Below are positions 17,903 through 28,341 of a DNA stretch of 64,000 nucleotides, one piece after another. The stretch's first letter is position 1; every line of letters starts with the position of its first letter. The position numbers and the translations under genes are program-made. Origin of the DNA: Spirochaetales bacterium (lineage in GTDB: Bacteria; Spirochaetota; Spirochaetia; SZUA-6; DRHE01). The stretch is from positions 104 to 64,103 of the forward strand of contig JAUWZD010000008.1 of the NCBI GenBank assembly GCA_030615505.1, in the 5' to 3' direction. The notes below the pieces were generated by a model. It was not told the origin of the DNA. It ran no database searches and worked only from the letters and a program-made list of their open reading frames with translations.

Positions 17903-20422
17903 TTAAGGACTAAGATCAAAATAAGAAACAGGCTCTCCATCCCGGCTGTTTGCTAATACGGCCAGACGGGTGATCATCAGGTCAGTTTTCAGGGGGTCCG
18001 CTACACCCAATCTCTCTAAGAGGCGCAGTATATTCCCGGCTCCCTTCTCGGACTGTTTATAGCGTATTTCAATCCCCCCTGGAGTACAAGAGAATGAACG
18101 GACACCTGTTAAGGCATGGCTGCCGGTGTTATTCAAAGCTTCATGCACATTTTCTATTAGGCCGGTTCCGTTTTCATCCTTTATGAGAAAATCAGAACCC
18201 CAGTAGAGGGACATAAGAGAGGCTCTCTTCCCCCCTTCCCGCCTCGGATCAAAGGGCCGTACAGCCCTGATTTTAAAGCCCTCGGGCAGAGTCCGGTCTA
18301 ATCTGCGGCAGAACTCCTCTTCAGAATCATAATCCTGTACCACAATGGCGGCAATCTCCTCCTGAGAGGCAATGCCCAGGGACAGGGGATTGGCAAATTC
18401 CAATCTGGGCTTTGGATTAAAGCCTTGTGTGAATAGGGCCGAATACCCGGCGCGGAGGAAAGCCCGTTCAAAGATCTGCATCACATTCAGATGGCCCAGG
18501 AAAACAGCTCTTCCCAGCTTTGTAAAGGAAAAGAGAATTCTCTGGGCGTTCCCTGCCCATGATGGAAGCTTAAGTCCCGCCTCCTCCGCTTTCAGAGGAG
18601 CTATCCTATCCTTTACCCGCGAATCATTTCCGCATACCCCGCAGTTATGGGTACAGTCGGCAGAGCAGGCACAGGTGAGCTCCCCCTGCTGTGAAAGCTC
18701 ATACTCCTGCCTTAAGTACTTCAGGGTAACCCCCAGGCTCACAGATTCCCAGGGGAGCTTCTCAGCCGGCTCCCTCTCTCTGCAGATCTCTTCCTCAACA
18801 TTCCACTCAGCTTCCTTAAAAACACTTCGCCAGATATCCCACCGGATATACTCCTCCCATGCATCAAGCCTGGCGCCGCGGGTAAAGGCCCTGTGAACCA
18901 GATCCCCTGCCCTTTCGTCGCCCCGGGAGATCATGCCTTCGATCAGGGACAGGAAGGGAGAATGATAGATTATTTTAAATCCTCTGCCGCTGAGGCTGCG
19001 CTTAATGGACATGATCTTATCTAAAGCATCCCTCTCTGTAAGCTGAGGCGCCCACTGAAACGGTGTATGTGGTTTTGGAATAAAGGTCGTGATATTAACA
19101 TTCAGGCTCATGCCCGTTTCACTCTTGATCCGGGTTAAAAGATCAATGATCGGACCTGTCTCATCACGATCACCAATAACCGGTAGACCTACCATAAAGT
19201 AGAATTTGGCCAGCTTCCATCCCCTTCCGTGTGCCTCCCGAAGGATCTCCACCGTCCGTTCCAGGGGAGCCAATTTATTTATACCCCTCTGCCACTCTTC
19301 AAGTGGCGTTTCCACGGCAAAGGTCAGACCGCTCTTTCTTACACTGGAAAGCTCAGAGAGGAGATTTAAGGTGAGTGAATTGATCCTTAAGGATGGAAGG
19401 GGAAAAGAAACCCTGTGCTGCTCAAACCTCCTGTTAAGCGCTCCAACCAGATCACTAATGCCCGGATAATCACCTGTGGACAGGGATGAAAGTGTAATTT
19501 CACGGTAGCCGCAGCCGAATACCAGGTCTTCCGCTTCATGAAGAACGGCCTCGGGCTGTTTCAGTCGAAAAGGCCGGTAAAAAATGCCGGCAAGGCAGAA
19601 CCTGCAGCCATTAGGGCAGCCCCGCATCACTTCAACTACCCCATGATCCTGCACTGTGCGAATGTTAGGAACCGGAAAGGTCGGGTTCCAGGTGCGGTTG
19701 GCTCCTTTTGAAGCGCCGGTGTTGATACATTCAGTGGATTTCGATTTTGAATCTCCAAATTCGTTCCACACGGACCTTCTTGCAGTACCTGTTTTGCTCG
19801 CTGACCAGGCGGAAGGCTCTTCGAGGAGATATGCAAGCATGTCCTGCCGGTGGGCTCCCTTCCGCTTCATCTCTGCGAGTCTTGTAAACATCCGCTTCAG
19901 CCTGCCCTCCGCCTCTCCAATAAAAGTGACATCCACAAAAGGAGCGAGGGGAACGGGATTGGTCACTGCCGGACCTCCGGCCATAATGATCGGCTCATAC
20001 ATTACTCTATCCAGGCAGAACAGGCTAACCCCTCCCAGATCCAGGATATTGAGCAGGTTAGTAAGAGTGAGCTCATAGCCCACGGAGAAGCCAACAATAT
20101 CAAATCGATTCAGCGGTCTTCCCGTTTCCAGAGAATAGATTGGAAAGCCATGGGTTCGCAGCTCTGCCTCAAAATCCGGGGCGGGGGCGAATATCCGCTC
20201 ACAGTACACCCCATCCAGTGAATTGAGCAGCCTGTATAGCAGGAGAACGGACATATTGGACATACCGATCTCGTACAGGTCCGGGTAAGAAATTGCCACG
20301 TGAAGCAGGCCCTCGCCCTCCTTGTGGACAAGACCGTACTCCCCGCCTGTATATCTTCCCGGCTTTTCCACCCTGGTGAGGATATTTTTCAAGTCTCTTA
20401 ACGGATCCAGATGCTCTTTCAT
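17903..20422 (-). CDS. Radical SAM protein (TIGR03960-like, B12-binding-like N-terminus) fused to a DUF2344/TIGR03936-like C-terminal domain
   Basis: 839 aa. CxxxCxxC motif (GCPNGCRFCLAG). The architecture is commonly found next to rodA/mrdA. Confidence 0.75.
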   Translation of the reverse strand: MKEHLDPLRDLKNILTRVEKPGRYTGGEYGLVHKEGEGLLHVAISYPDLYEIGMSNMSVLLLYRLLNSLDGVYCERIFAPAPDFEAELRTHGFPIYSLETGRPLNRFDIVGFSVGYELTLTNLLNILDLGGVSLFCLDRVMYEPIIMAGGPAVTNPVPLAPFVDVTFIGEAEGRLKRMFTRLAEMKRKGAHRQDMLAYLLEEPSAWSASKTGTARRSVWNEFGDSKSKSTECINTGASKGANRTWNPTFPVPNIRTVQDHGVVEVMRGCPNGCRFCLAGIFYRPFRLKQPEAVLHEAEDLVFGCGYREITLSSLSTGDYPGISDLVGALNRRFEQHRVSFPLPSLRINSLTLNLLSELSSVRKSGLTFAVETPLEEWQRGINKLAPLERTVEILREAHGRGWKLAKFYFMVGLPVIGDRDETGPIIDLLTRIKSETGMSLNVNITTFIPKPHTPFQWAPQLTERDALDKIMSIKRSLSGRGFKIIYHSPFLSLIEGMISRGDERAGDLVHRAFTRGARLDAWEEYIRWDIWRSVFKEAEWNVEEEICREREPAEKLPWESVSLGVTLKYLRQEYELSQQGELTCACSADCTHNCGVCGNDSRVKDRIAPLKAEEAGLKLPSWAGNAQRILFSFTKLGRAVFLGHLNVMQIFERAFLRAGYSALFTQGFNPKPRLEFANPLSLGIASQEEIAAIVVQDYDSEEEFCRRLDRTLPEGFKIRAVRPFDPRREGGKRASLMSLYWGSDFLIKDENGTGLIENVHEALNNTGSHALTGVRSFSCTPGGIEIRYKQSEKGAGNILRLLERLGVADPLKTDLMITRLAVLANSRDGEPVSYFDLSP

Positions 20423-20469
20423 AAGTTATCGCAATCAGAAAGCTGCCGGTCCAGGAGAAACAGGCGGAA

Positions 20470-21780
20470 TTAATGCCTGTAGCGCCGCATATAAATATTC
20501 AGAAGCAAGCCGATTCCTATCAGGGCCGTCCAGAGTGATGATCCGCCGTAAGAGAGAAAGAATAGAGGTATTCCGGTAATAGGCATTATGCCCATAGCCA
20601 TGCCTATATTCACCACCACATGAAAGAATATCATGCCCACGATCCCTGAGCCAATATAGAGAGCGTAGTCGTCCCGTGCAGTATAGGCAATACGCATGCC
20701 CCGGATCATAATGACCAGAAATAGAAAGAATATCAGCACTCCCCCGACATATCCCCACTCTTCGGCCAGAATGGAAAAAATGAAGTCCGTACTCTGTTGG
20801 GGAAGAAAGCGGTAGTGGCTCTGAGTTCCCTGCAGGAAACCCTTACCCCAGAATCCGCCTGAGCCTACGGCCGTCATGGACTGTATGATGTTCCAGCCGG
20901 CTCCCTGTGGATCCAGCCGGGGATCTAAAAAAATTATCAGGCGCATGATCTGGTAGTCTTTAAGCACCCTGGCAGCCAGGAGAGCTCCCACAGTACTGAC
21001 AAGTAAGAGCAAGGAGAAGTAGTGAATCCAGTAGAAATAGCGGCGCTTGAATCCGAAGGTGCCCCATGCAGATAAAAGGGTCATAAGCAGTAGAGCCAAT
21101 ATGTAGTATTTTAAGAAATCAAGATCAGTAACCAGACCTAAAAAGTTTATCCTGCCGACCAGAATCCATTTCGCAAATGCCGGAAGTGTGCTGAAAACTA
21201 CTATCAGAAAGCCCGCTGCGGCGATAAAAAAGATGTGCATTAACCTTGCTCCAGCCATAAACGTCATGACCAGAAAAATGGGGATATACACTAAGGCGGT
21301 TCCCATATCCGGTTGAAGCAGGATAAGGCCCATGGGAAGAAGCACAATCCCGAATCCCAGCAGAAAGCGGGGAAGCTCCCGTATACCCCTGCCGATCCCG
21401 GAGAGATATGAACCCAGGAAGAGAATAGTGATGATTTTGGCAAATTCTGAGGGTTGTATGCCAACCTCCCGGAAACCCAGCCAGGATCGTGCCCCATGCA
21501 CCTCCCGCCCAAATAAGGCTGTAATGATCAAAAGGAGGATACTAAACCCATACAGGTAAACAGACAATCCTCTAAGCCTGGTATAATTTATGAGAATAAC
21601 CACGGCCATCAGGATAAGCCCCGTACCGGCCCATACAATCTGTTTAATATACTCTGTGGAATACTGAACCCCTGTGGATGTGATCCCGCTGGAGTAGATA
21701 AACAGCACCCCAATCACTGTCAGAAGCAGGCTTGCCCCTAACAGGAGGAAGTCAAATCCGAACAGGGTAGCGCGCCTCAT
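20470..21780 (-). CDS. rodA: SEDS-family peptidoglycan glycosyltransferase RodA
   Basis: Multi-TM protein with the FtsW/RodA signature. Positioned after mrdA. Confidence 0.9.
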   Translation of the reverse strand: MRRATLFGFDFLLLGASLLLTVIGVLFIYSSGITSTGVQYSTEYIKQIVWAGTGLILMAVVILINYTRLRGLSVYLYGFSILLLIITALFGREVHGARSWLGFREVGIQPSEFAKIITILFLGSYLSGIGRGIRELPRFLLGFGIVLLPMGLILLQPDMGTALVYIPIFLVMTFMAGARLMHIFFIAAAGFLIVVFSTLPAFAKWILVGRINFLGLVTDLDFLKYYILALLLMTLLSAWGTFGFKRRYFYWIHYFSLLLLVSTVGALLAARVLKDYQIMRLIIFLDPRLDPQGAGWNIIQSMTAVGSGGFWGKGFLQGTQSHYRFLPQQSTDFIFSILAEEWGYVGGVLIFFLFLVIMIRGMRIAYTARDDYALYIGSGIVGMIFFHVVVNIGMAMGIMPITGIPLFFLSYGGSSLWTALIGIGLLLNIYMRRYRH

Positions 21781-23696
21781 CGGTTAAGTCTTCCTGACTC
21801 GCTTCCCTGAACCGGTGTCTCGGACTGGTTCCTGAGCTGCTGTATGTACCACCAGGGCTTCATGGTCTCTACGGCTTCTTCATAGCTCTGATGAGCAAAC
21901 AGACCCTGAAAGATCACATTGGCGGCTTTGGGGGCCCACCACTCCCACTCATTCTCGGCTTCTATCATCACCGCAACCACCACCCTCTCTTCAGGGTTAT
22001 TTGTATGGTATGGGGCGTAAGCCACAAACCAGGAGTGCCACCTGTCTTCTAATCCCACCTCGCTGGTACCGGTTTTGCCGGCGATTTCAACAGCCTTTGT
22101 GGTGATCACCACCTTAGCTGTTCCCTCAGTAATAACTCCTCTCATGGCTTCCTGTAATGTCTTAAACGTATCCCTTCGAATGAAAGAGGTGTGCATCAGC
22201 TCCGGTGTGACGGCGGTAATGAGCTCGCCGGTTGCGGAGTCCCGTACCTCTTTTAATAAATGGGGGCGGTAAACCCTGCCATTATTCACAGCCATGGCCA
22301 CTAAGTTGGCCATCTGGATGGGGGATACGGTGAGAAAGCCCTGACCGATAGAGAGATTCAGGGTATCGCCTCCCAGCCATTTCATATGATGAATATTCTC
22401 CTTCCACTCCGGTGTAGGCACGAATCCGCTTGCCTCTCCGGGAAGGTCAATACCTGTAACCCGGCCAAGACCGAATTCTCTGGCATATGAGGAGATCCGC
22501 TCAACCCCGAGCTCATCCCCCAGCGTATAGAAATATACATCGCAGGACTGGGCAAGGCCTGAGTACAGATCCATGTACCCGTGGCCGGTTTTACGCTGCC
22601 AGCAGTAAAAAGTTCTGTCTCCATACTCGATCTTTCCCTTGCAGAATACCTCTCGGGTAATGGGGAAAACCTCTTCTTCCACTAAGGCTGTGGACATAAC
22701 GATTTTAAATGTAGAAGCAGGCGGATACACGGACTGAATGGCCCGATTGATAAAAGGAAAGCTTGGATCCAGGGAAAGCTCCCTAAATTTTTCCGAAGCC
22801 TTATCCGTAAAAAAGAGATTGAGATCAAAGTATGGGTAGGAAACTAAAGCCAGTATCTCACCGGTAGAGGGCTTAAGAACCACCGCCGAACCAATCCTTT
22901 GGCCTAAAGCCTTTTCGCAGAGAAGCTGGATCCTGCGATCAATGGTCAGTACCAGAATGTTCCCCGGTTTGGGAGGTATATCTTTCACCTGCTTCTGTTT
23001 TAAGAGCTTCTCCCGCACATCCACAATTCTATAGCGTTTCCCATCCTCACCCCGCAGCAATTGATCGTACTGTTTTTCAATCCCACTTTTTCCCAGTACC
23101 GAGCCGAAACCGTATCCCAGGTTGTAGAGCACCTGAATCTCTTCACGGGTAATATCTCCTACATATCCGATAACATGTGCCAGGGAGCCGGTTCCCAGGT
23201 AGCTGCGGATGGGCTTGTTATGCCAGCTGACTCCTTTATACTCTTCCAGGTGCTCAGCTAAATAGGCAATAGTTTCATAATGAATACCGCCCTTTACTTC
23301 TATGGGCTGATAGAGATGATAATACTTGGGAGGAACCCTCTTTTCGATCTCTTCCACAGACAAGCGCAGCACCTTAGAGAGCTTCTTAAAAATCTCATGT
23401 ATCTCCTCCTTCGGAACCTCCCCGGGGATAAGGTCTACTGCAAAGGAATCTTTATTTACTACCAGTGGCAAATCATAGTTCCGGTCAAAGATCTCCCCTC
23501 TCTGGGCGGGAATAGGGATAACTCGCCTGGCTACCTCCGTTGCGTAGAGCTTGAATTCCATCCCCCTGATCACCTGAAGATAAAAAAGATGGGAGATGAG
23601 AATCAGAAAAACCCCTGAAATTAGCACTGCCAGGCCTATGGTGCGGGCCTTTAATGAGGAGAGTTTCCGTATGCCGGACAGACCTTGCGAAGTCAA
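21777..23696 (-). CDS. mrdA: Penicillin-binding protein 2 (elongasome transpeptidase)
   Basis: N-terminal TM helix. STFK and KTG motifs. Dimerisation plus transpeptidase domains. Confidence 0.9.
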   Translation of the reverse strand: MTSQGLSGIRKLSSLKARTIGLAVLISGVFLILISHLFYLQVIRGMEFKLYATEVARRVIPIPAQRGEIFDRNYDLPLVVNKDSFAVDLIPGEVPKEEIHEIFKKLSKVLRLSVEEIEKRVPPKYYHLYQPIEVKGGIHYETIAYLAEHLEEYKGVSWHNKPIRSYLGTGSLAHVIGYVGDITREEIQVLYNLGYGFGSVLGKSGIEKQYDQLLRGEDGKRYRIVDVREKLLKQKQVKDIPPKPGNILVLTIDRRIQLLCEKALGQRIGSAVVLKPSTGEILALVSYPYFDLNLFFTDKASEKFRELSLDPSFPFINRAIQSVYPPASTFKIVMSTALVEEEVFPITREVFCKGKIEYGDRTFYCWQRKTGHGYMDLYSGLAQSCDVYFYTLGDELGVERISSYAREFGLGRVTGIDLPGEASGFVPTPEWKENIHHMKWLGGDTLNLSIGQGFLTVSPIQMANLVAMAVNNGRVYRPHLLKEVRDSATGELITAVTPELMHTSFIRRDTFKTLQEAMRGVITEGTAKVVITTKAVEIAGKTGTSEVGLEDRWHSWFVAYAPYHTNNPEERVVVAVMIEAENEWEWWAPKAANVIFQGLFAHQSYEEAVETMKPWWYIQQLRNQSETPVQGSESGRLNR

Positions 23697-24208
23697 AACT
23701 CCTCTCTCTCCCTGGGCTTTAAGGATTTAAAAAGATTTAAGATAGCAAAGAGAAAAGGAGCTAAAACGGCATTATAACCTATCTCAATCCATAGCCGGCC
23801 GCCGAATACTATGAAGCCTGCAGCCGGGATTGCAAAGATAGTAACCAGCAGGGATGAAATAATTCCCTTAATCAGTGTACCGACCACCACAAGAATTACA
23901 GGCATCAGGACCGGATCCACGAAAATGCTGCCCACTGTCAGGCCGTAGAGAAAGCCCAGGACGGTCCGATAAAATGCATGAAAGCCCAAAGGTGATAGAC
24001 TTAAGATATCCTGAATCAGACCGGATATAAATCCGGAGGTCTGGCCGGTCATACTCCCCTTGCGAATGGATATAAAGATCAGGATAATCAGGGCAATATC
24101 CGGCTTCACACCACGAAAGGCCGCCCACTTAAGGAGGGTACTCTGAATGATTACAGCCAGACCGAGGAGCAATGTTGATACTATAACCGGTTTTGTTGCT
24201 TTAGCCAT
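23693..24208 (-). CDS. mreD: Rod shape-determining protein MreD
   Basis: 171-aa polytopic membrane protein between mreC and mrdA. Confidence 0.85.
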   Translation of the reverse strand: MAKATKPVIVSTLLLGLAVIIQSTLLKWAAFRGVKPDIALIILIFISIRKGSMTGQTSGFISGLIQDILSLSPLGFHAFYRTVLGFLYGLTVGSIFVDPVLMPVILVVVGTLIKGIISSLLVTIFAIPAAGFIVFGGRLWIEIGYNAVLAPFLFAILNLFKSLKPREREEF

Positions 24209-25054
24209 TTATTCCCCGGTATCAAGAATAAAAAGATATTCAAGACGGGAAAAATCCACAATAGGCTCGATTTCCAGCTCCAGTGAGGCCTCATAGGCTT
24301 TGGCCTGCATCTCCCGCACACGGCCAATATGAATTCCTTTGGGAAAGAGCAGACCCATTCCGGAGGTAATAACCAGATCACCGTACTGGATATCCTCAAC
24401 TGCTGATTTTTTAATATAGCGCATTATCAGGCCGCCCATGTAATGCTGTCTGCCGTTCACTAATCCATCGTAGCGGGAGTTTTGGAGGCGGGCTGCCACG
24501 TAAGAGGATGGATCCGTAATGGGCTTGATGGTTGAGGTCCATAATCCTGCAAACACTATCTTTCCCACCAGTCCCTGAAGGCCTCCCTGGAAAGCCACCA
24601 CGGGCATCCCCCTCTTTACCCCGTGCATTGTGCCTTTATTGACCATTAGTGTGGAAAATTCATTTCCCGGATCCCTGGCAATTACTTCGGCAGGTATCTG
24701 TTTAAATGCTAAGGCTTTTGAAAACTTAAGCTGAACTTTAAGCTGGGTATTTTCCCTGTGCAGTTCAGCCGCATCCCGGGAAATGCGTTCATGCTCTAAA
24801 AGCTTCTCCCTGGCTTCATCCAGCTCCTGCCGCAGCTTCTTAAGCTCATTGATGGAATTCCATGTATTAACAAACCATGTAGAAATACTGTGAATGCTCA
24901 ACTGCAAAGTAGAGAGCAGGGACTGTCCCACCTCCCTGGGCTTTATCACCATATTTCGGTTTGAAAAGAGAATAAGGATTATACAAACTAAGAGCAGTAC
25001 CGTAAAGCTGACACCGGTTTTGCGTTTTTGGATATAACTGTGTATGCCTGTCAT
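24209..25054 (-). CDS. mreC: Rod shape-determining protein MreC
   Basis: N-terminal TM helix, coiled coil, then beta domain. Lies downstream of mreB. Confidence 0.85.
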   Translation of the reverse strand: MTGIHSYIQKRKTGVSFTVLLLVCIILILFSNRNMVIKPREVGQSLLSTLQLSIHSISTWFVNTWNSINELKKLRQELDEAREKLLEHERISRDAAELHRENTQLKVQLKFSKALAFKQIPAEVIARDPGNEFSTLMVNKGTMHGVKRGMPVVAFQGGLQGLVGKIVFAGLWTSTIKPITDPSSYVAARLQNSRYDGLVNGRQHYMGGLIMRYIKKSAVEDIQYGDLVITSGMGLLFPKGIHIGRVREMQAKAYEASLELEIEPIVDFSRLEYLFILDTGE

Positions 25055-25066
25055 AGAGCAATACTA

Positions 25067-26101
25067 TCAGCTTCTAATATTATAATATTTCCTTCCCATA
25101 TCCTTTATACTTTCCAAGAATTTTCCCGCTCCCTGGGCAACACAGAGCAGTGGATTCTCTGCCAGAATAACAGGAACACCAGTTTCTTTAGACACCAGCT
25201 TGGGAAATCCCTTGAGCAGTGAGCCGCCTCCGGTCATTACGATTCCCCGCTCTACAATATCTGCTGCCAGCTCCGGGGGAGTCTGTCCTAAAGACTTTTT
25301 TATCTCGTCAATGACCTGTGTGGTAGGTTCATGCAGAGCCTCACGGATTTCAACCGAATCCATCTCTAAACGCCTGGGCAGCCCGGTAATGGCATCGGTT
25401 CCTTTCAGCTCCATTTTTTCGATCTTCTTCTCGGGAGAAGCGTTACCTATGGTAATCTTTACGTTTTCCGCTGTCTGCTCGCCAATAATGAGATTGTGGA
25501 TGTTCCGCACATGCTTGATCACAGCCTCATCGAACTCAACCCCCCCAATCCTTATGGCGTTGGAAACAACCACCCCTCCCAAGGATATCACGGAAATCTC
25601 GGTGGTTCCGCCGCCCACATCACAGATCATATGTCCGGCCGGCTCTAAGATGGGGATATTCGCCCCTATAGCTGCAGCCATGGTTTCTTCTATCAGATAC
25701 ACCTCCCGGGCTCCGGCCTGTTCAGCACTCTCCCGAACCGCTCTCTTCTCCACTTCCGTGATACAGTTGGGTATCCCGATGACAATCCTGGGCTTAACCA
25801 GCCACTTCCGGTTAATAACCCTGGAAATAAAGTAGCGGATCATCTTCTCTGTGGTCTCGAAATCCGCAATTACTCCGTCGCGCATGGGACGTATGGCGAT
25901 GATATCTCCCGGGGTCTTCCAGAGCATTCTTTTAGCTTCAGTGCCTACGGCTACAACACGTTTGGTTCCTCTCTCCACAGCAACGACGGAGGGCTCTGAA
26001 AGCACGATACCCTTTCCCTTAACATGCACCAGTGTATTGCAGGTACCTAGATCAATACCTATATCCGTAGAAAAGGATTCGAACAGCTTACCAAGCCACA
26101 T
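25067..26101 (-). CDS. mreB: Actin-like rod shape-determining protein MreB
   Basis: [15 protein letters not shown]..., [16 protein letters not shown]: actin/MreB ATPase motifs. Confidence 0.95.
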   Translation of the reverse strand: MWLGKLFESFSTDIGIDLGTCNTLVHVKGKGIVLSEPSVVAVERGTKRVVAVGTEAKRMLWKTPGDIIAIRPMRDGVIADFETTEKMIRYFISRVINRKWLVKPRIVIGIPNCITEVEKRAVRESAEQAGAREVYLIEETMAAAIGANIPILEPAGHMICDVGGGTTEISVISLGGVVVSNAIRIGGVEFDEAVIKHVRNIHNLIIGEQTAENVKITIGNASPEKKIEKMELKGTDAITGLPRRLEMDSVEIREALHEPTTQVIDEIKKSLGQTPPELAADIVERGIVMTGGGSLLKGFPKLVSKETGVPVILAENPLLCVAQGAGKFLESIKDMGRKYYNIRS

Positions 26102-26126
26102 GAACTTCCTCCGTGTTATTTACTAT

Positions 26127-27071
26127 TTATTTATAATACCGCAATTTGGCCCCGTAATATTCCGGGTCAATGATCAGAGTTTTTCGCCACTCAGCCCGGG
26201 CTTTAACCGAATCGTTCATACTCTGGTAAATCTCTCCCAGATAAAAGTGAGCATCTGCCGATCGCGGATCTATTTTTAAAATCTGCTGATATTCATTTTC
26301 AGCTTTAAAAAAATCCTTGTTCTCAAAGTACAACTGGCCTAAAAGAAAACGGCTTTTTTTGGTGACTGCCGGATCATCGGTTTTATTGATGGCCCGAATC
26401 AGATACTCTTCAGCCTCAGCCGTTCGCTTTAGCTCAAAGTAATTCTGTCCTACAGTCAAGAGTAGAAGATCCGTTGGATGTATCTCCACTGCCTTTATGA
26501 AGTATTCAAGCCCTTGCTCAATCATTCCAAGCTGATTGTAGGATAATCCCAGGTAATCGTAGATATCCACTCCCTCGTATCCCGCCGACAGAGCCTGTGT
26601 CAGGTATTCTATGGCCAGATCATAATAATACTTTCCTTTATGATAGTAGGCCTTACCCAGAACATAAGCGGTCTCTGATCTCCATGCTTCATCTTCTCTC
26701 AGTCTCGCCCTGCGCAGGCAAACGATCGCTTCTTCTATATTGGGAATTTTATCCTCCAGGGATATTTCTGAAGCAGATTTATAGAAATAAGAAAATCCTT
26801 TATACACTAAGGCAAAATAGTCCACAGGGTTGTTTTGCAGCGCCTCATTGCAGCGGATAATAATTTCATCGTACAGGCGATTGCTCCACAGTTCGTTTAA
26901 GGTAGCCCCCTGAACCTTTGGACGGGAGAAAAATTTCAGCCTTTCACCGCTTAACAAATACCATCCTGCTCCAAAAAGGACAAGGATACCTGCAAATATC
27001 AGGACTAAGAGCCATCCCCTTTTTTTTCTATTTCTTGATTTGTACCGGTATCTATCAACATTGATTAACAT
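26127..27071 (-). CDS. TPR-repeat membrane-anchored protein
   Basis: N-terminal TM helix and TPR repeats. Lies 25 bp upstream of mreB on the same strand. Confidence 0.7.
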   Translation of the reverse strand: MLINVDRYRYKSRNRKKRGWLLVLIFAGILVLFGAGWYLLSGERLKFFSRPKVQGATLNELWSNRLYDEIIIRCNEALQNNPVDYFALVYKGFSYFYKSASEISLEDKIPNIEEAIVCLRRARLREDEAWRSETAYVLGKAYYHKGKYYYDLAIEYLTQALSAGYEGVDIYDYLGLSYNQLGMIEQGLEYFIKAVEIHPTDLLLLTVGQNYFELKRTAEAEEYLIRAINKTDDPAVTKKSRFLLGQLYFENKDFFKAENEYQQILKIDPRSADAHFYLGEIYQSMNDSVKARAEWRKTLIIDPEYYGAKLRYYK

Positions 27072-27118
27072 GTATAAACATTTATACCTCTATAAGCAAA
27101 TCTGTAAAACTAAAAAAA

Positions 27119-27508
27119 GGCAGGTCGATAAGCCGGGTTCTGTCAAAGGCTTATAAGCCTAAGTGGCTGCCATCTATCTGTGCAATGCTGTTGCCAGCCT
27201 GCTTAAGCAGTCTACCCGCAGGGCTGTGGGCGAGCAACCCGCCTGCTGCTTGACTTTGCTCCTGAAGAGGTTTGCCGTGCCCTGTCCGTTGCCGGACAGG
27301 CGGTGAGCTCTTACCCCACCTTTTCACCCTTACCTTACGGCGGTATATTTTCTGTGGCACTTTCTGTCACCATAACCGCTTAACGGATACAGTGCCCGGG
27401 AATTACCCGGCATCATGCTCTACGGAGCCCGGACTTTCCTCTATCGGCCGTTCCCCCCGGGAAGAAATCCTGCCCGGGGGACCCCGACAGCGGCAGCCTG
27501 ACCTGCCT
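27119..27508 (-). ncRNA. rnpB: RNase P RNA (bacterial type A)
   Basis: Minus strand contains AGGAAAGTCCGGGCTCC (P4), GGTAAGGGTGAAAAGGTGGGGTAAGAGCTCACC and ACAGAACCCGGCTTATCG, as in E. coli M1 RNA. P1 pairs GGCAGGTC with GACCTGCC. A T-run follows the 3' end. Confidence 0.9.
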
Positions 27509-27528
27509 ATTACATTGTCGGAAGTTTA

Positions 27529-28329
27529 TTATTCTTCCCCATCATCTTTATAATCGGATTCATCTTCGACCACTTCATCTATGGTGTTCAATTCCTCAAG
27601 ACCGTCGCCCTGTTCATCCTCTCCTAAATAGAAAATGATCCGGCTGCAGTTAGGGCAGAACATAATTCCGTCACCCCGTCGAACCACATTTACATACTCA
27701 GAGGTCAGGATCATGTGACATCCGGTACAAACTCCAGCTTCAACGGGTACAATACCCAATCCTGATTTGTTTTTAATTATACGTTCGAATTTGAACAGGA
27801 TTTCCTCATCCAAACCGGGAGTAATCTTTTTCTCTTCCCTTTTCAGGCTCTTAAGTTGTGTCTCCTTGGCCTTAATATCGACCTTAATTCGCTCCTGTTC
27901 CTCCTTAACCTCTTCTTCCTGCTGCTGGATCATCATTTCCTCTTTCTCAAGAGAAAGCTTCATCTCGTCCAGAAGCTCTTCTTCTTTCTGAAGATCTCTT
28001 CTTAATTCCTGTTCTTTTTCACCTGCATCCTTAATCTCTTTATCTAAAGCCTCATATTCCCGCTGAGTCTGAATAAGATCCATCTGCTTCTCAAAGCTTT
28101 CCCTTAGGCGCTCAGCTTCAATCGCTTTATTTCTTAAGTCATTTATATATCTTATTTTTTCCTCATGATCATCGCTTTTTTCCGTGTATGATTTCTTGAG
28201 CCTGTTAAGCAGCTCAACCTTGGTTGCCAGGGCCTGGGGGATCTCTTCCATTTCATTCTGTGTTTCGAATTTCCTGGAAAGAACATCCTGTAAAGCCCTA
28301 AGCTTTTCAAAGACCTTCTCCATCGTCAT
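27529..28329 (-). CDS. Coiled-coil zinc-ribbon protein (COG1579/DUF164-like)
   Basis: Long Glu/Lys coiled coil, then CTGCHM...CPNC zinc ribbon and an acidic tail. Confidence 0.75.
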   Translation of the reverse strand: MTMEKVFEKLRALQDVLSRKFETQNEMEEIPQALATKVELLNRLKKSYTEKSDDHEEKIRYINDLRNKAIEAERLRESFEKQMDLIQTQREYEALDKEIKDAGEKEQELRRDLQKEEELLDEMKLSLEKEEMMIQQQEEEVKEEQERIKVDIKAKETQLKSLKREEKKITPGLDEEILFKFERIIKNKSGLGIVPVEAGVCTGCHMILTSEYVNVVRRGDGIMFCPNCSRIIFYLGEDEQGDGLEELNTIDEVVEDESDYKDDGEE

Positions 28330-28341
28330 AGTGTCAACCCC

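Noticed and set aside
18372-20221. + strand ORFs (174, 140, 123 aa)
   Set aside because: Antisense to the radical SAM gene.
25200-26279. 211-aa and 142-aa + strand ORFs
   Set aside because: Antisense to mreB and the TPR gene. Pro/Ser-rich translations.
27151-27553. ORFs 27151..27360 (-) and 27272..27553 (+)
   Set aside because: They lie inside the RNase P RNA gene. GC-rich structured RNA commonly yields spurious ORFs.
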